DNA from: Dehalococcoidia bacterium
GTDB lineage: Bacteria; Chloroflexota; Dehalococcoidia; Lucifugimonadales; Australimonadaceae
DNA length: 64,000 nucleotides
Direction of reading: 5' to 3'
Assembly (NCBI GenBank): GCA_963668465.1
Contig: OY764542.1
Location: forward strand, 622,949 to 686,948
Below the pieces are notes generated by a model. The model was not told the DNA's origin and ran no database searches. It saw nothing but the letters and a program-made list of their open reading frames with translations. Made by a program: the position numbers and the translations under genes. Position 1 is the stretch's first letter. Every line of letters starts with the position of its first letter. Positions 58,708-64,000 of the stretch are shown one piece after another.

Positions 58708-58780
58708 CTAGTGAAGGCGGGAACGACGGGTGAAGGGGGAATGACGGATGAAGGGTGAATGACGGGTGAGGAGGTGACGG
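58699..58780. repeat. Degenerate ~18-19-bp tandem repeat of the REP right arm (GGAATGACGG-TGAAGG)
   Basis: gggaatgactagtgaaggc, gggaacgacgggtgaaggg, ggaatgacggatgaagg, gtgaatgacgggtgagg, ggtgacgg. Confidence 0.7.
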
Positions 58781-58876
58781 TACGTCCATCTGGCAGCGGG
58801 ACGGCGGCGGCGATAAGATGGGGCATCGTGAGCAACCGGCGGCGACGCCCGCCAACCCAAGGAGCCGAACGTCGAG

Positions 58877-60289
58877 ATGACCGAAACGCAAGCGTCCCGG
58901 ATCGAGAAAGACACCATGGGGGAGATGGAGGTGCCGGCGGACGCTTACTGGGGTGCGTCCACGCAGCGCGCCGTCCTCAACTTCCCCATCAGCAACCTGC
59001 GCTACCCACCCGCCTTCGTCCACATGCTTGGCCGTATCAAGCGCGCCGCGGCACGGACCAACACCGGGCTCGGGCTGCTCGACCAGGCCGTCGCCGACAG
59101 CATCGAGGCGGCTGCGAACGAGGTCGTCGACGGGAAGTGGGACGAGCACTTCGTCGTGGACCTGTTCCAGACGGGCTCCGGCACGTCGACCAACACGAAC
59201 GCGAACGAGGTCATCGCGCGCCGCGCGCGGGAGCTGACGCCCGGTGTGAACGTCCACCCCAACGACCACGTCAACATGGCGCAGTCGTCCAACGACGTCA
59301 TCCCTTCAGCGAGTCACCTCACCGCCGCCGAGGCGCTCGACGGCGAGCTCATCCCTGCGCTCGAACAGGCGCGGGCAGCGCTCGCGGCGAAGTCGGAGGA
59401 GTTCTGGGACATCATCAAGACCGGCAGGACGCACCTGCAGGACGCCACGCCCATCCGGCTCGGACAGGAGTTCGCCGGATACGCCAGCCAACTTGAACTG
59501 AGCATCGCGCGCCTGCGCCCGCACGTGGACGCGCTGAGTGAGGTTGCGCTGGGCGGCACCGCCGTCGGCACCGGCATCAACGCACACGAGGAGTTCGCCG
59601 CACGCACGTGCGCCGGGCTCGCCGAGGAGCTGGGCCTGCCGGTCCGCGAGACCGCGCACCACTTCCAGGCGCAGGGCACACAAGACACGATGCTCGCCGC
59701 CAGCGGCGCGGTGCGGAGCGCGGCGGTGTCGCTGCAGAAGATCGCGAACGACCTCCGCTGGCTGTCGTCGGGGCCTCGCGCAGGCATCGCGGAGCTGGAA
59801 CTGCCCACGGTGCAGCCCGGCTCCTCCATCATGCCGGGCAAGGTGAACCCGGTCATCCCGGAGTCCGTCGTGCAGGTGGTCTGCCAGGTCATCGGCAACG
59901 ACGCGGCGGTCGCGGCTGCGGCGCAGGGCGGCTACCTAGAGTTGAACACCTACTGGCCAGTTGCGGCGTACAACCTGCACCAGTCCATCACGCTTCTTGC
60001 GTCCGCCACCGCGAACTTCGAGGAGCAGTGTCTGCGCGGCATCAAGGCCACGAGCAAGGGCCCGGACATGGTGGAGCAGGGACTGATGATGGCCACCGGC
60101 CTCACGCCTGCCATCGGCTACGACAGGGCAACGGCCATCGCCAAGACCGCCGCGGCCCAAGGGGTAACGATCCGTGAGCTGGCGAAGACCGAGGCCGGGC
60201 TCACCGATGAACAACTCGAAGAACTGCTGGACCCCGCACGCATGACGGCCCCCGGCATCGTGGAGGGCGCGTCAGGCGGAGGCGGGTAA
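58877..60289 (+). CDS. fumC: Class II fumarate hydratase
   Basis: RIEKDTMG, QTGSGTSTN, HPNDHVN..QSSND, KTGRTHLQDATP, GSSIMPGKVNP. Confidence 0.93.
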   Translation: MTETQASRIEKDTMGEMEVPADAYWGASTQRAVLNFPISNLRYPPAFVHMLGRIKRAAARTNTGLGLLDQAVADSIEAAANEVVDGKWDEHFVVDLFQTGSGTSTNTNANEVIARRARELTPGVNVHPNDHVNMAQSSNDVIPSASHLTAAEALDGELIPALEQARAALAAKSEEFWDIIKTGRTHLQDATPIRLGQEFAGYASQLELSIARLRPHVDALSEVALGGTAVGTGINAHEEFAARTCAGLAEELGLPVRETAHHFQAQGTQDTMLAASGAVRSAAVSLQKIANDLRWLSSGPRAGIAELELPTVQPGSSIMPGKVNPVIPESVVQVVCQVIGNDAAVAAAAQGGYLELNTYWPVAAYNLHQSITLLASATANFEEQCLRGIKATSKGPDMVEQGLMMATGLTPAIGYDRATAIAKTAAAQGVTIRELAKTEAGLTDEQLEELLDPARMTAPGIVEGASGGGG

Positions 60290-60299
60290 GGAGGTCGAC

Positions 60300-60809
60300 G
60301 TGGATTTCGGCATCCAGATAAGAGAGATGAAGCCGCAGAAGATAGCGGCCGTGCGGGCAAAGACGACCATCAACAAGGTGACGCCCAAGGTCGTACAGCT
60401 GCTCCAGGAGACGGCGGAATACCTGGAATCGATCGGCGTACAGCCGACCGGCCCCGGATTCGGCGTCTACTACGAGGTCGGCGCGTTCCTGGTGGACGTG
60501 GAGGTCGGCTACCCGGTGGACGTGGAGGTGGAAGGCAACGGTCGCGTGCAGCCGAACTCGCTGCCCGGCGGGAAGTGCGCCATCGCCCACTACAAGGGTC
60601 CGCACGAGCAGATCGCTGATGCGCACCGCGCCGTCCACTCATGGATGCACACGAACGACGTGCAAGCCTCCGGAGAGCCTGCCCGCGAGATATACCTGAC
60701 CGACCTCAGGGGCATCGAAGAGGGCGAGGAGTGCGAGGCGGAGTCCGTCTGGCCCATCATCCACGAGACCCGCGCCGAGCGGCGGCGTCAGCAACGGGCG
60801 AAAGCGTGA
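60300..60809 (+). CDS. GyrI-like small-molecule-binding protein
   Basis: VEVGYPV, LPGGKCA..HYKGP, WM..N, REIYL. Confidence 0.8.
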   Translation: MDFGIQIREMKPQKIAAVRAKTTINKVTPKVVQLLQETAEYLESIGVQPTGPGFGVYYEVGAFLVDVEVGYPVDVEVEGNGRVQPNSLPGGKCAIAHYKGPHEQIADAHRAVHSWMHTNDVQASGEPAREIYLTDLRGIEEGEECEAESVWPIIHETRAERRRQQRAKA

Positions 60810-60851
60810 CAGGGGGACCCTTGGATAGCCCAGCCGCCCTGCCCCGCCGGA

Positions 60852-60935
60852 TCACCCCCATCCTAACCTTCCCCCATCGATGGGGAAGGGACCGATCACC
60901 CTCACCCTAACCCTCTCCCCGTGAAGGAGAGGGGA
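60852..60935. repeat. Two CCCC..GGGG-family REP modules
   Basis: tcacccccatcctaaccttcccccatcgatggggaaggg; ccctcaccctaaccctctccccgtgaaggagagggg. Confidence 0.8.
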
Positions 60936-60956
60936 CCAAACCAAGAAGGAACCTCG

Positions 60957-62309
60957 ATGCAGCAACCCATCACCGACCACGTAGACAACCACCTGGAAGA
61001 GACCATCGAGGGGTTGAAGCGGCTCACGCGGCAGCAGAGCATCAGCGCTCAGCGGCTCGGCGTCATCGAGTGCGGCGAGATGGTGGTGGAGATGCTGCGC
61101 GACGCCGGTTTCGACGCCGGACTCGTGCCCACCGCCGACGCGGGGTATCCGGGCATCATCGCAGAGCTCAAGGGCGCGTCGGACAAGTCGCTCCTCTTCT
61201 ACAACCACTACGACGTGCAGCCTCCCGACCCGCTCGACGAGTGGGAGACGCCCCCGTTCGAGCCGACCGAGCGCGACGGCTACCTGTACGGACGGGGCAT
61301 CTCCGACGACAAGGGACCCATCGCCGCACGGCTCGCCGCCGTCAAGGCGGTGCGCGACACGATGGGCGAACTGCCCATCACGATCCGCTGGTGCCTGGAA
61401 GGCGCGGAGGAGATCGGCAGCCCCGGCTTCCACGACTTCGTGGAGCAGAACGCGGAGCGCATCAAGTCTGACGTGTGCATCTGGGAGGGCGGCGGCGTGA
61501 ACTGGGACGGGCGTCCCATGGTCATGCTCGGCGTGAAGGGGCTGCTCTACGTGGAGCTGGAGTGCCGGTCGGCAAAGACGGACTCTCACTCCTCGTATGC
61601 TCCTGTCGTGCCGAACCCGGCGTGGCGGCTGATATGGGCGCTCAACACGCTGAAGGACGAGAGCGAGCGCATCGCCATCCCCGGCTTCTACGACCGCATA
61701 CGCCCGGCGCTGGAGAGCGAGACGAAAGCCATCGCCGCCCTGCCCGACACGTCCCGCGAGTTCCTGCACGACCTCGGCGTCGAGATGGCGGTCGGCGAAG
61801 CGTCCGGCTACGAGTTCCGGCGCCGCCTCATCATGGAGCCGACGGCCAACATCGCCGGATTCGGCTCGGGCTACACCGGCCAGGGCGCGAAGACCATCCT
61901 CCCCGCCGTCGCACGGGCCAAGCTCGACTTTCGCCTCGTCCCGAACCAGGACCCGCAGGAGATCATGCAGAGCCTCCGGGAGCACCTCGACCGCAACGGG
62001 TTCAGCGACGTCACGATAACGGGACTCACGTCCGAGCACCCGGCGCGCACGTCGATAGAGGACCCGTTCGTGCGGCAGGTTGCGGACTCGGCGCGCCGCG
62101 TGTACGAGAGCGAGCCGTACATCGTGCCCAGCATGACCGGCACCGGGCCGCAGCATCCCGTTCAGCACATCCTCGGCGTCCCCGTGGCATCGTGCGGCAT
62201 CGACTACCCGGGCAACCGCATCCACGCGCCCAACGAGAACATCCGGCTGGACTACTTCCGGCTCGGCGTGCTCCACACCGCGGAGCTCATCACGGAACTC
62301 GGGGCGTAA
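60957..62309 (+). CDS. M20/M25/M40 family metallopeptidase
   Basis: YNHYDVQP, LYGRGISDDKG, EGAEEIGS, IHAPNE. Confidence 0.9.
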   Translation: MQQPITDHVDNHLEETIEGLKRLTRQQSISAQRLGVIECGEMVVEMLRDAGFDAGLVPTADAGYPGIIAELKGASDKSLLFYNHYDVQPPDPLDEWETPPFEPTERDGYLYGRGISDDKGPIAARLAAVKAVRDTMGELPITIRWCLEGAEEIGSPGFHDFVEQNAERIKSDVCIWEGGGVNWDGRPMVMLGVKGLLYVELECRSAKTDSHSSYAPVVPNPAWRLIWALNTLKDESERIAIPGFYDRIRPALESETKAIAALPDTSREFLHDLGVEMAVGEASGYEFRRRLIMEPTANIAGFGSGYTGQGAKTILPAVARAKLDFRLVPNQDPQEIMQSLREHLDRNGFSDVTITGLTSEHPARTSIEDPFVRQVADSARRVYESEPYIVPSMTGTGPQHPVQHILGVPVASCGIDYPGNRIHAPNENIRLDYFRLGVLHTAELITELGA

Positions 62310-62319
62310 CGCTCAGTCC

Positions 62320-63357
62320 ATGGAGGCGAACGGCGAGCAGCAGATAGCCGAGCTGGCCAGGCGTTTCCTGCCCGACGTGGAGCACCACCTCCGCGAAGCG
62401 GTCGGGGCGGGCGGCGAACTCACGTCCATGCTGCGCTACCACATGGGCTGGGAGAACCTGGAGGGCACGCCCACGCGTGGAGGCGGCAAGGCGCTGCGCC
62501 CCATCCTCTGCCTCGCCGCGTGCGAGATGTCGGGAGGCGACTGGCGCGACGCCCTGCCCGCCGCCGCCGCGCTGGAACTCATCCACAACTTCTCGCTCGT
62601 CCACGACGACATACAGGACGGAGACGAGACCCGCCGTGGGACGCCGACGCTGTGGAGCATCTGGGGCGTGCCGACGGCGCTCACCGCGGGCAACGCGATG
62701 CGCGTCATCGCAGACCACACCGCAGGGGCGCTCACCGAGGGGGGCACAACGCCGGAAGTCGCACAAGGCACTATCGCCGAGCTGACGAAGAGGTACCTGG
62801 AGATGATCGAAGGGCAGTACCTCGACCTCTCCTTCGAGGCAGCCGAGCGCGTCTCGGTCGATGACTACCTGGACATGATCGGGCGCAAGACGGGCGCGCT
62901 GCTTGAGAGCGCGATGCACATGGGCGCGCTCGTCGCAACCGGCGACCAGGCCATCGCGCAGGGCTTCGGGGAATGCGGGATGCGACTCGGACTCGCCTTC
63001 CAGATACGGGACGACTACCTCGGCGTCTGGGGCGACCCGGCCTTCACGGGCAAGGCCGTGGGGGCCGACATCCGCAGGAAGAAGAAATCGCTACCCGCGG
63101 TCTACCTGTTCGACAACGCCTCGGACGAGGAGCGTCCGTGGCTCGATGAGACGTACCGGGCCGAGGAGATCGAGGGTGCGCGGCTGGATGGCGTCATGGC
63201 GATGCTCGACCGCCTCGGAGGCGATTCGTACGTCCAGCGCATCGCTGAGGAGCAGGCCCGGCAGGCCGTCGCCGCGGTAGACGCGCTCGCCATCCCTGAG
63301 GAGTCGAAGCAACTCCTGGGGGCGGTCGCGGAATTCTTCGTGACCCGGGACATGTAG
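62320..63357 (+). CDS. Polyprenyl diphosphate synthase (GGPP/FPP synthase family)
   Basis: GGKALRP, ELIHNFSLVHDDIQD..RRG, GQYLD, KTG, AFQIRDD. Confidence 0.9.
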   Translation: MEANGEQQIAELARRFLPDVEHHLREAVGAGGELTSMLRYHMGWENLEGTPTRGGGKALRPILCLAACEMSGGDWRDALPAAAALELIHNFSLVHDDIQDGDETRRGTPTLWSIWGVPTALTAGNAMRVIADHTAGALTEGGTTPEVAQGTIAELTKRYLEMIEGQYLDLSFEAAERVSVDDYLDMIGRKTGALLESAMHMGALVATGDQAIAQGFGECGMRLGLAFQIRDDYLGVWGDPAFTGKAVGADIRRKKKSLPAVYLFDNASDEERPWLDETYRAEEIEGARLDGVMAMLDRLGGDSYVQRIAEEQARQAVAAVDALAIPEESKQLLGAVAEFFVTRDM

Positions 63358-63449
63358 GGGCGATCCCGCGTTTGGCAATACTTTGTCTCGATAGATGAGG
63401 CGCCACTCGTGCAATCGTCTCAATCTGCGGCGCAGGAGTGTCAAAAGCA

Positions 63450-63479
63450 TTGACTCTCCCGGAGGCGCGGTGCTACGTT
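63450..63479 (+). promoter_or_regulatory. Putative sigma70 promoter for yjbQ
   Basis: TTGACT-18 nt-TACGTT with TG extension. Confidence 0.4.
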
Positions 63480-63543
63480 GCAAGGTAGCCGTAAGAAACC
63501 CTTGGCTATCAGTAGTCGCGGCAAGGCTGGATCGAAGGGATAG

Positions 63544-63990
63544 ATGACGAGCACCACTGTAACCCGCTTGCGCATAGAGACCGATTCCGCCCCTGAGTTC
63601 TACGACATCACCGAGAACGTCCGCTGGGCGCTTGCCGACTCCCGAGTGCGCGACGGATTGCTGTGCGTCTACTCGGCCCACACCACCGCCTCGATCGTCA
63701 TCAATGAGCACGAACCCCTGCTGATCGAGGACATGAAGCGGTTCCTGCGCAACATCGCGCCGGAAGACGCGTACTACGCGCACAACGACTTCGCCATCCG
63801 CACCGTCAACATGACGCCGGACGAGATGCCCAACGGTCACTCTCACTGCGCCCACCTGCTGTTGCCGTCCAGCGAGACCATCCCCGTCATCGACGGCGAA
63901 CTCGCGCTGGGCACCTACCAGAGCGTGTTCCTGGTCGAGCTCGACCATCCCCGGACGCGAGAGGTAATCATCAGCGTCTACGGAAGCTGA
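63544..63990 (+). CDS. YjbQ/UPF0047 secondary thiamine-phosphate synthase family protein
   Basis: HTTASIVINE, YAHN, NGHSH, LGTYQSVFLVELD.PR.R. Confidence 0.88.
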   Translation: MTSTTVTRLRIETDSAPEFYDITENVRWALADSRVRDGLLCVYSAHTTASIVINEHEPLLIEDMKRFLRNIAPEDAYYAHNDFAIRTVNMTPDEMPNGHSHCAHLLLPSSETIPVIDGELALGTYQSVFLVELDHPRTREVIISVYGS

Positions 63991-64000
63991 GGCCTCGCAT

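Noticed and set aside
63358-63543. TPP or other riboswitch upstream of yjbQ (or thiI)
   Set aside because: No CTGAGA/TPP core or other recognisable riboswitch consensus; only a promoter-like sequence.

Overview
High-GC bacterial chromosome segment, most likely Chloroflexota/Dehalococcoidia (SAR202-like). This is an inference from four paralogous phthalate-dioxygenase-type Rieske oxygenases, lipoproteins with PT-rich N-terminal linkers and the gene repertoire. Housekeeping content: rnpB, tRNA(CAT), lipB, AICAR transformylase, 2-oxoacid dehydrogenase E1a/E1b/E2, thiI, fhs, fumC, polyprenyl synthase and YjbQ. Aromatic/organic-acid catabolism and uptake: Rieske oxygenases, LigJ, peptide-type ABC transporter, TctC/TctAB, CoA transferase and a molybdoenzyme. 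Many of the longer intergenic spacers carry mosaics of at least six families of short palindromic REP-like repeats. Highlights: (1) three apparently identical IS30-family elements, each inserted at the same base and orientation in a CGTC/dRS3-like palindrome, with the transposase stop codon supplied by the target; (2) the same palindromes inserted in frame in the E2 gene linkers; (3) a large serine recombinase lacking its catalytic motifs, between the DUF164 zinc-ribbon gene and rnpB; (4) an orphan intact terminase large subunit whose 3' end is duplicated; (5) an AT-richer ComEC-like MBL plus membrane-protein cassette that may be a defence module. All calls come from reading the sequence and motifs by eye; no database searches were run.
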